Assembly: GCF_006345805.1 (NCBI RefSeq) | Contig: NW_021825354.1 | Coordinates: 1 to 15,860 of the forward strand | Source: Octopus sinensis | Lineage: Eukaryota | Reading direction: 5' to 3' | Length of the DNA stretch: 15,860 nt | Part shown: positions 1 to 9,205 of the stretch, in pieces | Position numbering within the stretch: the stretch's first letter is position 1 | Layout: every line of letters starts with the position of its first letter | Position numbers and translations under genes: made by a program | Notes under the pieces: generated by a model | What the model saw: only the letters and a program-made list of their open reading frames with translations | Told to the model about the DNA's origin: nothing | Databases searched by the model: none

Positions 1-50
1 GAGGTAAATACCTACACAGCAAATAATCTTCTTTGACGAGCGATTTTGAT

Positions 51-236
51 GGAGTGGCTGTGTGGTAAGAAGCTTGCTTCCTAACCACATATTTTCCGGG
101 TCAGTCCCACTGCGTTGCACCTTGGGCAAGTGTCTTCTACTATAGCCGTGTGCCGACCAAAGCCTTGTGAGTGGATTTGGTAGACGGAAAATGAAAGAAG
201 CCCATCGTATATATATAATATATATATATATATAAG

Positions 237-296
<60 letters not shown>

Positions 297-505
297 TGTT
301 GGTGTCTGCGTTTGTCTCCCACCATCACTTGACAACCAATGTTGGTGTGTTTACGTCCCTTTAACTTAGCGGTTCGATAAAAGAGACCGATAGAATAAGT
401 ACTAGAATAACAAAGAGTAAGTCCTGGGGTCCATTTGCTCGACAAAAGGCGGTGCTCCAGCATGGTTGCAGTCATCTGACTAAAACAAGTGAAAGAATAA
501 AAGAA
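51..505 (+). mobile_element. tRNA-derived SINE, family A (CORE-like central motif), near full length
   Basis: Head GGAGTGGCTGTGTGGTAAGAAGC (A-box-like) and GGGTCAGTCCC (B-box-like), then CCTTGGGCAAGT, internal (TA)n and a tail ending AAACAAGTGAAAGAATAAAAGAA. Collinear with the copies at 2878 and 6244. Confidence 0.9.
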
Positions 506-522
506 TATATACATATTTATGT

Positions 523-771
523 GTGGAGGTACGTGGCTTAGTGGTTAGTGTGTCAGCACCATGATCGTAATATTGTGGTTTCGATTCCTGGACCGGGCGA
601 TGCGTTGTGTTCTTGAGCAAAACCGTTCATTTCACGTTGCTCCAGTCCACTCAGCTGGCAAAAATGAGTAATACTGCGATGGACTGGCGCCCTGTCCAGC
701 TAGGGAACACATACGCCATAGAAACCGGGAAACCGGGCACATGAGCCTGCCTAGGCTTTAAAAGGGCGCAT
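523..771 (+). mobile_element. tRNA-derived SINE, family B (GATGGACTGGCG / GAAACCGGGAAACCGG tail)
   Basis: GTGGAGG..TGGCTTAGTGGTTAG A-box and GTTTCGATTCC B-box. Tail GCGATGGACTGGCGCCCTGTCCAG...GAAACCGGGAAACCGGG..ATGAGCC is shared with 10647-10952. Confidence 0.8.
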
Positions 772-809
772 CTATATATTATATATATTATATATATTAT
801 ATATATATA

Positions 810-884
<75 letters not shown>
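772..884. repeat. Imperfect (TA)n microsatellite
   Basis: Seen directly. Confidence 0.95.
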
Positions 885-886
<2 letters not shown>

Positions 887-951
887 AATGAAAAATGGGG
901 AATATATCTAAATCAATCAACTATCAGATAATACCGAATCAATACTTTATT
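885..951 (+). repeat. Dispersed unclassified repeat, copy 1
   Basis: CAAATGAAAAATGGGGAATATATCTAAATCAATCAACTATCAGATAATACCGAATCAATACTTTATT aligns to the reverse complement of 9606-9682. Confidence 0.75.
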
Positions 952-1100
952 GAAACACTACACAATAGCAATGATATTATACATTAATATAGTACAAATA
1001 TAACAAGACATAGAAATACATATATATATATATATATATATAATACGTGCATACAAACACACAGATATATGTATACATGTGTGTATAAATATATACATAC

Positions 1101-1161
1101 ATGAATTTGAAACGACATTGCTGCAAACCGAGTTTCTTAACCACACTGCCAAGCCTGCGCC
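1101..1161 (-). mobile_element. Degraded family A SINE head fragment
   Basis: Reverse complement reads GGCGCAGGCTTGGCAGTGTGGTTAAGAAACTCGG, similar to the heads at 14594 (+) and 3690 (-). Confidence 0.55.
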
Positions 1162-1516
1162 TACAATTTATGACAAACTTACCTGTTGTTTTTAGCAGGT
1201 TGATCGACCATGCACACACCGACTCTGGGTGTCCTATATGAACGCATGCCACGTTGTTTCACTCAATACCTCCCAACCACTCACACCCTCTTTTTTCCTA
1301 CCTCCTCCCTTTCTCTTACTCGGACTCCACCTCCTCTCTTTCTTTCCTCCTCCTCCCACCCTCTCTCTCTCTCCCTCTCGCTTGCACCGTCCTCACCGTC
1401 TCTAATTATTAAGAATACAGGTGTGTTCTGTCACTAATCACTTACATCACACCGCTCAACCGTGCAATCGTTTCGCACTGGAGAATTAATAATGGCCGCC
1501 GCTATTTCATCGTTAG

Positions 1517-1517
<1 letters not shown>

Positions 1518-1570
<53 letters not shown>
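1518..1570. repeat. (CTA)n microsatellite followed by a (TA)/(GTAT)-rich tract to about 1820
   Basis: Seen directly. Confidence 0.95.
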
Positions 1571-1571
<1 letters not shown>

Positions 1572-1900
1572 CAACATGATCAGCAAAATTTAACGTTTGT
1601 CGCGTATTACACACGCGTGAACGTATGTATGTATGTATGCATAAATTATATTTATGTATGTAAGTATGCATACATGTATGCATGCTTGTATGTATGTGTA
1701 TATATATATATATATAAATGCATACATACATATACATTCGTGCGTGCATATATATATAAATTATATATATATGTGTGTGTGGATGCGTTTGCGTGCGTAT
1801 ATGTGCGGACGTATATATGAATTCGTGAGTTTGTATTAATACTAACCTTCTAAGAATTATAAATATTCATCATAAAATATATAAAACATTTTACATTTTC

Positions 1901-1997
1901 AGTTCAAATTCTGAGGAGGCCGACTTTGCCTTTCGTCCTTTCGACGTCCATGGTATAAATTATTAGTTATGTCCTGGGGTCGATGGAATTGACTAAA
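1901..1997 (+). mobile_element. Family C SINE fragment (5'-truncated)
   Basis: GTTCAAATTCTGAGGAGGCCGACTTTGCCTTTCGTCCTTTCG...CTGGGGTCGATG matches 2379-2470. Confidence 0.75.
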
Positions 1998-2084
1998 ACC
2001 CTCTTCTGAAATTTGCTACTCTTACTTTAAAACCAGAAACCATTATGATATATAATATAAAAGCAAAGGGATTCCCATGAAGGC

Positions 2085-2281
2085 GTTCATGGTTGAATTT
2101 GAACTCGAGACGCAAAGAGCTGGGATAAATATAGCAAGACTGCCTGAAGTTGTTACTTTTATCGATCCCGAAAGGAGTAAAGGCAAATTTTATCTTGGAG
2201 TGGTTCGAACTCAGAAAGTTGAGTATCGGAATAAATTTGTTGAAGCACTTTGTCTGACGCTCTAACAACACTGCGAATTCA
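2085..2281 (-). mobile_element. Old, degraded family C SINE sequence on the minus strand
   Basis: Reverse complement gives GCAGTGTTGTTAGAGCGTCAGAC...CTGAGTTCGAA...TTTGCCTTTACTCCTTTCGGGATCGATAAAA. A second GAATTTGAACTC head remnant lies at about 2095. Confidence 0.6.
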
Positions 2282-2304
2282 TTGTCGATATAATTTCATT
2301 ATGG

Positions 2305-2537
2305 AAGGCGGCGAGCTGGCAGAAACGTTAGCACACCGTGCGAAATGCTTAGCGGTATTGCGTCTGTCGTTGCGTTCTGAGTTCAAATTCCGCCGAGGTC
2401 GACTTTGCCTTTCATCCTTTCGGGGTCGATTAATTAAGTACCAGTTACGCACTGGGGTCGATGTAATCGACTTAATCCGTTTGTCTGTCCTTCTTTGTCC
2501 CCTCTATGTTTAGCCCTTGTGGGCAATAAAGAAACAT
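2305..2537 (+). mobile_element. Family C tRNA-derived SINE, full length, with 17-bp target-site duplication
   Basis: Head AAGGCGGCGAGCTGGCAGAAACGTTAGC and B-box GAGTTCAAATTCC. The core GACTTTGCCTTTCATCCTTTCGGGGTCGAT..AAGTACCAG resembles, from recall, a Meta-type SINE domain. Identical ATATAATTTCATTATGG at 2288-2304 and 2538-2554. Confidence 0.92.
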
Positions 2538-2877
2538 ATATAATTTCATTATGGTAAAAAGGTATCCATTGATTTCAAATGCTAATTAAACTTGTTTCTT
2601 AATTTAAAATTTATTTTAGATTAACATATGAAATAATAATTTATTATTATAGTGATTGGAGGGTACAAAAAACGTGTCACTGAAGTTTTTAGGCGTTGGT
2701 GATGGTTATCGCCTACATTTGTGTTCGTATCATTTAAATAAAGTTTATTCATCGCTATGTGGAGGCGCGTGGCTTTTTATTGATCGCTATAACTTTTATA
2801 GTGACTCCGTGTAGCGTTGTTTCTTTTACAGTTGCATTTTTAGAAAGGTATCTTCAACGACAAATGAGGTTTAATTA

Positions 2878-3034
2878 CGGCTGTGTGGTAAGTAGCTTGC
2901 TTACCAGCCACATAGTTCCAGGTTCATTCCCACTGCGTGGCACCTTGGGCAAGTTTCCTCTACTACGCCTCGGGCCGACCAAAGCCTTGTGAGTGGATTG
3001 GTAGACGGAAACTGAAAGAAGCCCGTCGTATATA

Positions 3035-3110
<76 letters not shown>

Positions 3111-3325
3111 ACATGTTTGTGTGTCTGTGTTTGTCCCTTAAACATCGCTTGACAACCGATGTTGGTGTGTTTATGCCCCCGTAACTTAGCGGTTCGAGAC
3201 CGATAGAATAAGTACTAGGCTTCCAAAGAATAAATCTTGGGGTCGATTTGCTCGACTAAAGGTGGTGCTCCGGCATGGCCGCAGTCAAATGACTGGAACA
3301 AGTAAAAGAGTAAAAGAGTAAAGAT
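2878..3325 (+). mobile_element. Family A SINE, full length
   Basis: GGCTGTGTGGTAAGTAGC...CCTTGGGCAAGT...AAGAAGCCCGTCG(TA)n(TG)n...GACTGGAACAAGTAAAAGAGTAAAAGAGT. Confidence 0.93.
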
Positions 3326-3353
3326 AGTATGTGTGTGTGTGTAATATTTTCTC

Positions 3354-3690
3354 ACTTACTTGTTTCAGTCACTTGAACATGCTGGAGCAACGCCTTGAAA
3401 AATTTTTAGTAGAATGGATCGACCCCAACACTTGGTTTCATTTTAAGCCTAGTACTTATTATATCGGTCTGTTTTACTGAACTGCTGAGTTACGGGGATG
3501 TAAACACACCAACACCAGCTGCCAAGTGATGTTGGAGGACTCCATCTATTAAATCCTCTCACAAGGCTTTAGGTGGCATGAGGATATAATTCAAGACATT
3601 TTCCACGCCCAAAGTGCCACGCGGTGGAACTGAACCCAGGACTATGTAGTTGGAAAGCAAAGCTCTTACCATACAGCCACGTCTGCGCCT
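3354..3690 (-). mobile_element. Family A SINE, diverged, internal microsatellite segment missing
   Basis: Plus strand reads CTTACTTGTTTCAGTCA...ATGCTGGAGCA...GATCGACCCC...ACTGAACCCAGG...CTTACCATACAGCCAC..CTGCGCC, the reverse complement of tail through head. Confidence 0.85.
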
Positions 3691-3981
3691 AAATTTATTC
3701 ACATACGTGTATATATGTATGGATATACAGATGCATATGTACTATAAAAGCATTCGAAGCAGCGTTGAATGATTTCTCGTCTCCGATGTGTATTGTGTTT
3801 TTTAAACACACCACGTCTATAAGAGACGTTATCTCGGACGAACAGTGCAGCAACTTTCCTATCAACGATGTACATACATCAAGTATGACACACACATACA
3901 CAGAAACACACTGACACAAACACACACACATGAATGTATTAATATATATGTGTCTGTGTGAGGGTGTAACACGCATTTTCA

Positions 3982-3982
<1 letters not shown>

Positions 3983-4033
<51 letters not shown>

Positions 4034-4163
4034 ATTGCTGGTGGTTACAAACCAACAGACCTCCACTTGTCACTAACCCCGACGCCGTCACCACCAGCTG
4101 CAGCAACAGCCGCACAACCACCACCAACTCCACCGCCACCACCACCACCACTACTACTACTAT
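3983..4163. repeat. (CTA)n run and CCA/CAG/CTA trinucleotide mosaic
   Basis: (CTA)n at 3983-4033 and (CCA)/(CTA) at about 4115-4163. Confidence 0.85.
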
Positions 4164-4372
4164 TGCTACGACACACACATGCTTTACAAGTGTGCATGTG
4201 TTCTTGTGTTTTACAGATGTGTTTACACAATAAGGCAAACGGATGTACAAAATAGGGCAAAGGTCAGCTTGATCTAGTTTCTTCTGGCAAGGTTTGCAGA
4301 AACTTGCTGAGTGAGAATTTCACATGAATACAGAACCATTTCGTACTTGTCCCACTGTCGAATGAGTGGGAC

Positions 4373-4420
4373 TGTTGTTGTTGTTGTTGCTTCTTCTGCT
4401 GCTACTACTGTTGTGGTTGC

Positions 4421-4459
<39 letters not shown>

Positions 4460-4467
4460 CGTTGTTG
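4373..4467. repeat. Imperfect (GTT)n microsatellite
   Basis: Seen directly. Confidence 0.92.
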
Positions 4468-4536
4468 TGTAACACCCGGAGTAGGCCTCTCTAAACCTAC
4501 TCAGATCAATACTCAGATGATATTCCTGCCGAGTCA

Positions 4537-4760
4537 TTTTATCTTTTATCTTTTACTTGTTTCAGTCATTAGACTGCGACCATGCTGGAGCACCGTATTG
4601 AAAAGGTTTAGTAGTTAAGCAATTTGATCACAGTACTTGTTTGGTTTTTAATTCTAGTACTTTTTTTTTCTATCGGGTTCTTTTGCCGAACCGCTTTATG
4701 ACTGGGACACAGACAGGCCAAATCCGATCGTCAAGCGGTGGAAAGGACAAAAACAAAGGC
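4537..4760 (-). mobile_element. Family A SINE 3' half
   Basis: TTTTATCTTTTACTTGTTTCAGTCATT..CTGCGACCATGCTGGAGCACC...TTTTGCCGAACCGCT is the reverse complement of the family A tail. Confidence 0.85.
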
Positions 4761-4900
4761 GCGCGCGCACACACACACACACTCACATACTTACTCACAC
4801 ACACACAAACGTACACACACTCACACACACACGCGAATACGCACACGCGCACACGCGCACGCGCACACGCGCACACGCACACGCGGACACATACACACAT
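4761..4900. repeat. (CA)n/(CGCA)n compound microsatellite
   Basis: Seen directly. Confidence 0.9.
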
Positions 4901-5054
4901 CATACTTTGATACTGTGTGGATTAAAATCCCCGGTGACAAGCCCCTGATATCAAATACAAATGTTAAACACTAAGATATGCAAGCTAGTAGCTCCAATTC
5001 TCTCAAGCTACAGGGTTTGTTGTGTATATAAGCATATTAACTGCTTCTTTCTCT

Positions 5055-5114
5055 AGGATTAGTCAAAGTGATGCAAATAACTCTGATGAAACCTCAATAA
5101 GGCTAGAAAATCCT
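5055..5114 (+). ncRNA. Candidate degenerate hammerhead ribozyme (type III-like topology)
   Basis: AGGATT-A (stem III plus UH site), CTGATGA at 5083-5089, imperfect stem II AACCT/AGGCT, GAAA at 5106-5109 and AATCCT at 5109-5114 complementary to AGGATT. Stem I is poor and there is one extra A before GAAA. Confidence 0.3.
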
Positions 5115-5313
5115 TTTTTCAATATACGGAAAAATTGCTAGCTTTACCGTTTATATATCTATTATATAAGTTAAATATATACTTCTCCATACACAAAGAC
5201 GCATACTCATATACTCACAGATGCATATGTATTCCTCCCTTTGAAAAAGAAACGCATCTGTATATGTATGCAATGGGGGTGGGTTCTTAAGCTCACATAA
5301 ATGCGTACATCTC

Positions 5314-5466
5314 TAACTCGTTTCAGCCGCAATGCCGGGGCACGGATCTGAAGGGTTTTAGCCGAACAAATCGACCTCAGCACTTATTTTAAAATCTGGT
5401 ACTTATTCTATCAGGTTTTAATGTCGAATCACTAAGTTACCGTAAGAAATCAACAGCGGTTGTTAA
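5314..5466 (-). mobile_element. Degraded family A SINE 3' fragment
   Basis: TCGTTTCAGCCGCAATGCCGGGGCAC...CAAATCGACCTCAG...TACTTATTCTATC resembles the reverse-complemented tail. Confidence 0.65.
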
Positions 5467-5565
5467 GTATTGGTGATACTTCATTTTACGCTTCAAAAAA
5501 AAAAAAAGAAAAAAATTATCAGTGGCCAGCATATTACAATACCTTTTAAGGTGAAAATTATAAAC

Positions 5566-5903
5566 AATTATAAATAAGGCCAAAAGAAAAAAATTATGCA
5601 AATATGCTGAAAAATAGACTTGAGGTCATCTAAGCACATATAACATTTTTCTCTATAAACACACAGCATGTTGAAGCGTGGAAAGTAAGCTATTCTTATC
5701 ATGTTTCTCGTTGAAAAAGGAAGAATCCTTTTGGATTAATCCAGAAATCTGTCTGATGCGGGAATAACGAACTTTTAAAATTTCTTTTAGCTTGCTTTCC
5801 TCGTTTCAACACGCTGTGTATTTAGAGTGAAAAATATTGTATGTGGTCTATTTTTCAGCATATTGGCATAGGAATTTTTTTTCTTTTGCCCTTATTTATA
5901 ATT
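5566..5903. mobile_element. Foldback / MITE-like element with about 120-bp imperfect inverted arms
   Basis: 5566-5692 (AATTATAAATAAGGCCAAAAGAAAAAAATT..ATATGCTGAAAAATAGAC...ACACAGCATGTTGAAGCGTGGAAAGTAAGCTA) is the reverse complement of 5788-5903, with a 15-nt insertion in the left arm. Spacer is 95 nt. Confidence 0.85.
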
Positions 5904-5920
5904 ATATATAGATATATATA

Positions 5921-6409
5921 TTTGTAGTAATTTGTAAAAAATATTATATGATGGTTGTAGGTGAAGCGTTAGGAGTAGAAAGGGAATTTAAGTTTATAGG
6001 TAATAACACACACAAAGTTATACAGGAAAACGTTAATGAAATATTTAATAGACTTATATATCCACAGTAGAAAGATTGAGTATTTTAGAAGTGGAAGAAA
6101 TGGATAAAAATATCCCTCAACTCTTGGCGATTCCTAAACTGCATAAGGTTCCTTTTAAAAGTAGATTCATAGCAGGAGCTAGTAATTGTACAAATAAACG
6201 GCTATCTATATTGGTTAACGATATTTTAAAAGTAATTAGAATAGGAGTGGCTCTGTGGTAGTGTAGCTTGCTAACCAACAACATGGTTCCGGGTTCAGTC
6301 CCACTGCGTGGCATGTTGGGCAAGTGTCTTCTGCTATAGCCCCGGGCCGACCAATGTCTTGTGAGTGGATTTGGTAGACGGAAACTGAAAGAAGCCTGTC
6401 GTATATATG

Positions 6410-6468
<59 letters not shown>

Positions 6469-7417
6469 TATATATATATATATCTGTGTGTGTGTGTATA
6501 TGTTTGTGTGTCTGTGTTTGTCCCCCTAGCATTGTTTGACAACCGATGCTGGTGCGTTTACGTCCCCGTCACTTAGCGGTTCGGCAAAATAGACCGATAG
6601 AATAAGTACTGGGCTTACAAAGAATAAGTTCCGGGGTCGATTTGCTCGACTAAAGGCGGTGCTCCAGCATGGCCGCAGTCAAATGACTGAAACAAGTAAA
6701 AGAGTAAAGAGTATATTGTGATAAATTTTATAAGAGTTCTGCAATTAATTATTTTTGGAGTATTAAATCAGCAAAGGAATTTCTGGATAAGCTGATTAAA
6801 TGCAAGATGGATAAGAGTATTTTTCGACGATATATACAAACTTAAATTTCGATTGCGCAGAAGATATTTTTAGTACATTAGATATTATATTTAATAAAGG
6901 ATATAAATGTATATCTTTAAAGAATGGTAAAGGTTCCTTGTCTAATTGTTGTAATAAGGAATATACGAATGTAAATAAGAGAAAGGATTCTTTGAAGTTT
7001 TTCTCATAAAAATATACCCTAGTGAACATAAGGCCACCAGAAATGGTAATAATATAAACAATATTAATTATTTAGACGTCAATTTAGTAATTAAGGATAA
7101 TAATGAGATATGTACTGACATTTATAATAAAACGGAAGATTTTGGCTTCCAAGTAATTTCAATGCCATGGTTCAGTAGTAGAATTCCTTCTTTTATAGGT
7201 TATCATGTTTTTTTTCAGGCCAGGTTATCAGGTATGACAATATTATTAAAAATATTAATAGACTTTTAGAAAGAAAAAACTGTTAAGACATTTAATAAAC
7301 CAAGGGTATAGATATGGTAAATTAGTTAAAACGCTTAATCGCTGTTTAGGTGGGAGACTGGAAATTTTAAATAAATATGGTGTAATATCTAGCATTCAAC
7401 TTAGTAAATATTTGTAA
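5921..7417 (+). pseudogene. Penelope-like retroelement reverse transcriptase, frameshifted, 5'-truncated and internally deleted
   Basis: Hand translation gives motifs in PLE RT order: FVVICKKYY (5921), IPKLHKVPFKSRFIAGASNCTNKRLS (about 6136-6207), YCDKFYKSSAINYFWSIKSAKEFL (6714), YFSTIYTN (6818, a DFSTLYT relic), KIYPSE..INYLDVNL..TDIYNKTEDFGFQVISMPWFSSRIP (7009-7190), GQVIRY, LINQGYRYGKLVKTL, stop at 7415-7417. Confidence 0.85.
6244..6713 (+). mobile_element. Family A SINE, full length, inserted in the PLE RT
   Basis: GGAGTGGCTCTGTGGTAG...AAGAAGCCTGTCG(TA)n(TG)n...GACTGAAACAAGTAAAAGAGTAAAGAGT. RT homology stops at ILKVIRI and resumes at YCDKF. Confidence 0.93.
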
Positions 7418-7560
7418 ACGTCTGGACTGTTTACAAGTCACTCTACATACTATGTCATCAAAATTGTTAAAGACAATTGAGAAAATAGTGAATTACGCAC
7501 TACGTCGTCAATAGTTAAGACAATCTTTTGAGAACATAGTTGACTGAACCACTGGGTCTA

Positions 7561-7944
7561 GGTGCACTCCGTCGGTTGCGGCGATGAGGGTCCCAGCTGA
7601 TACGATCAACGGAACAGCTTGCTCGTGATATTAACGTGCAAGTGGCTGAGCACTCCACAGACACGTGTACCCTTAACGTAGTTCTCGAGGAGATTCAGCG
7701 TGACACACAGAATGTGACAAGGCTGGCCCTTTGAAATACAGGTACAAGAGAAACAGGAAGAAAGAGCGAGAGAAAGTTGTGGTGACAGAGTACAGCAGGG
7801 TTCACCACCACCCCCTGCCGGAGCCTCGTGGAGCTTTAGGTGTTTTCACTCAATAAACACTCACAATGCCCGGTCTGGGAATCGAAACCGCGATCCTCCG
7901 ACCGCGAGTCCGCTGCCCTAACCACTGGGCCATTGCGCCTCCAC
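7561..7944 (-). mobile_element. Family D tRNA-derived SINE, full length, with 13-bp target-site duplication
   Basis: Minus strand reads GTGGAGGCGCAATGGCCCAGTGGTTAGGG (A-box), GTTTCGATTCCC (B-box) and ends CCGACGGAGTGCACC. Flanked by ACCACTGGGTCTA (7548-7560) and ACCACTAGGTCTA (7945-7957), one mismatch. Resembles recalled cephalopod OR2/Ceph-type SINEs. Confidence 0.9.
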
Positions 7945-8179
7945 ACCACTAGGTCTAAATAACATGTAAGTGATAATATCTATTTCATATTATCTTTTAA
8001 ACAGTTTTATATTTACATTTGATCGTGATATAGTTTTTATAATATTCTTTTATTAGTTCCTATTTATAACTATATTTTAGATACACTTTTACCATTGATA
8101 AACAAAAAATATTGTTGAAACCAGTTTGGTAAATATGTAAATAAATGTATTTTAAACAGCATTTTCAGCAACACATTTT

Positions 8180-8182
<3 letters not shown>

Positions 8183-8275
<93 letters not shown>

Positions 8276-8410
8276 CAAAGCAATTAAGATTCAAGTCAAT
8301 TCCAATGAATTTTTTTTCTTTTTCTTTTTCTTTTCTTTCTTTTTTCTTCTTCTTTTCCTTTTTCTTTTTCTTTTTTCCTTGTCTCTTTTCTTTTTTCTTT
8401 TTCTTTTCTT
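8183..8410. repeat. (TA)n tract (8183-8272) and T-rich (CTTTT)-like tract (8309-8410)
   Basis: Seen directly. Confidence 0.85.
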
Positions 8411-8558
8411 TGCTCCACAAAAAAATTCCTTCAGCTTTTAGAAGTCATAACATAGCAGTTTTGCGTGGAGAACAGTAATGTGACAAATACCTTATCATAT
8501 AGCATGAAATGATTGTGGATTAACAATGGATAAATTCATCGTCTGTGAGTATGAAATT

Positions 8559-8762
8559 CCTCCTCATATCTCTGGAAATTTAAATCTACACTACGGATTA
8601 ATTCACCTTTTCTGTGAAGCTAATAAGCTTTTAAAAACCTGTGATAAGTCTGTGCATCATCCTCCTCATATCTCTGGAAATTTAAATCTACACTACGGAT
8701 TAATTCATCTTCTCTGTGAAGCTAATGAGCTTTTAAGAACCTGTGATAAGACTGTGCATCAT
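8559..8762 (+). repeat. Direct tandem duplication, 2 x 102 bp
   Basis: Units 8559-8660 and 8661-8762 both start CCTCCTCATATCTCTGG and end GTGCATCAT. Five substitutions, no indels. Confidence 0.97.
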
Positions 8763-8995
8763 AATTAAGGAACTTTGGAAATCTGTTTGCAACCTAAATC
8801 TGCCTTTAATGAAATTATCTCCAATACTTCATGAGTATAGCCTCACCCACTAAGATGTTTGGAGAACTCATATGTATTTTAGCTGATGAGTACGGGACAC
8901 TTTTATCTGCTGCAATTTTTGCAACTTGTAATAAAGCCTGTCTTTGTATGAAACAATTGTACTAAAAACTAATCCATTCTTGTTGCTTCTTTCTC

Positions 8996-9037
<42 letters not shown>

Positions 9038-9205
9038 TGGAACAAACCGCAATAGAGGACATTAAGACATTCGGACAGATAGACGATACAAAGGTAGGCA
9101 AGAGAAACAACAATTATGAGTACAGGCAAAAAACGGACGGATCATTCGTGGCTTTCTCTCCTCAGTCAAGTTCCAGAAGTCACGAACATTTCGGGCAGTT
9201 ATATA

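Noticed and set aside
2077-2265. ORF MKAFMVEFELETQRAG... that looks protein-like
   Set aside because: It is the antisense reading of degraded family C SINE sequence (GAATTTGAACTC and TTTTATCGATCCCGAAAGG motifs).
7880-7944. tRNA-like A/B boxes here and at 51, 523, 2305, 6244 and 10647
   Set aside because: They continue into SINE bodies and tails, and lack a full cloverleaf and acceptor stem. These are SINE heads, not tRNA genes.
8309-8410. T-rich tract as a minus-strand retrocopy poly(A) tail
   Set aside because: It is a degenerate (CTTTT)-type simple repeat with no TSD or recognisable retrocopy body adjoining it.
8526-8768. 80-aa ORF with an internal 34-aa repeat as a gene
   Set aside because: Its length comes from the tandem duplication, 4 of 5 inter-copy changes are non-synonymous, and I recognise no homolog.
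9144-9165. Minus-strand CTGAGGA-GAG-AAAGC-CAC-GAAT as a hammerhead
   Set aside because: GAAT replaces GAAA, stem II is mismatched, and no stems I or III were found. Too degenerate to claim, though 9037-9200 may be a repeat fragment.
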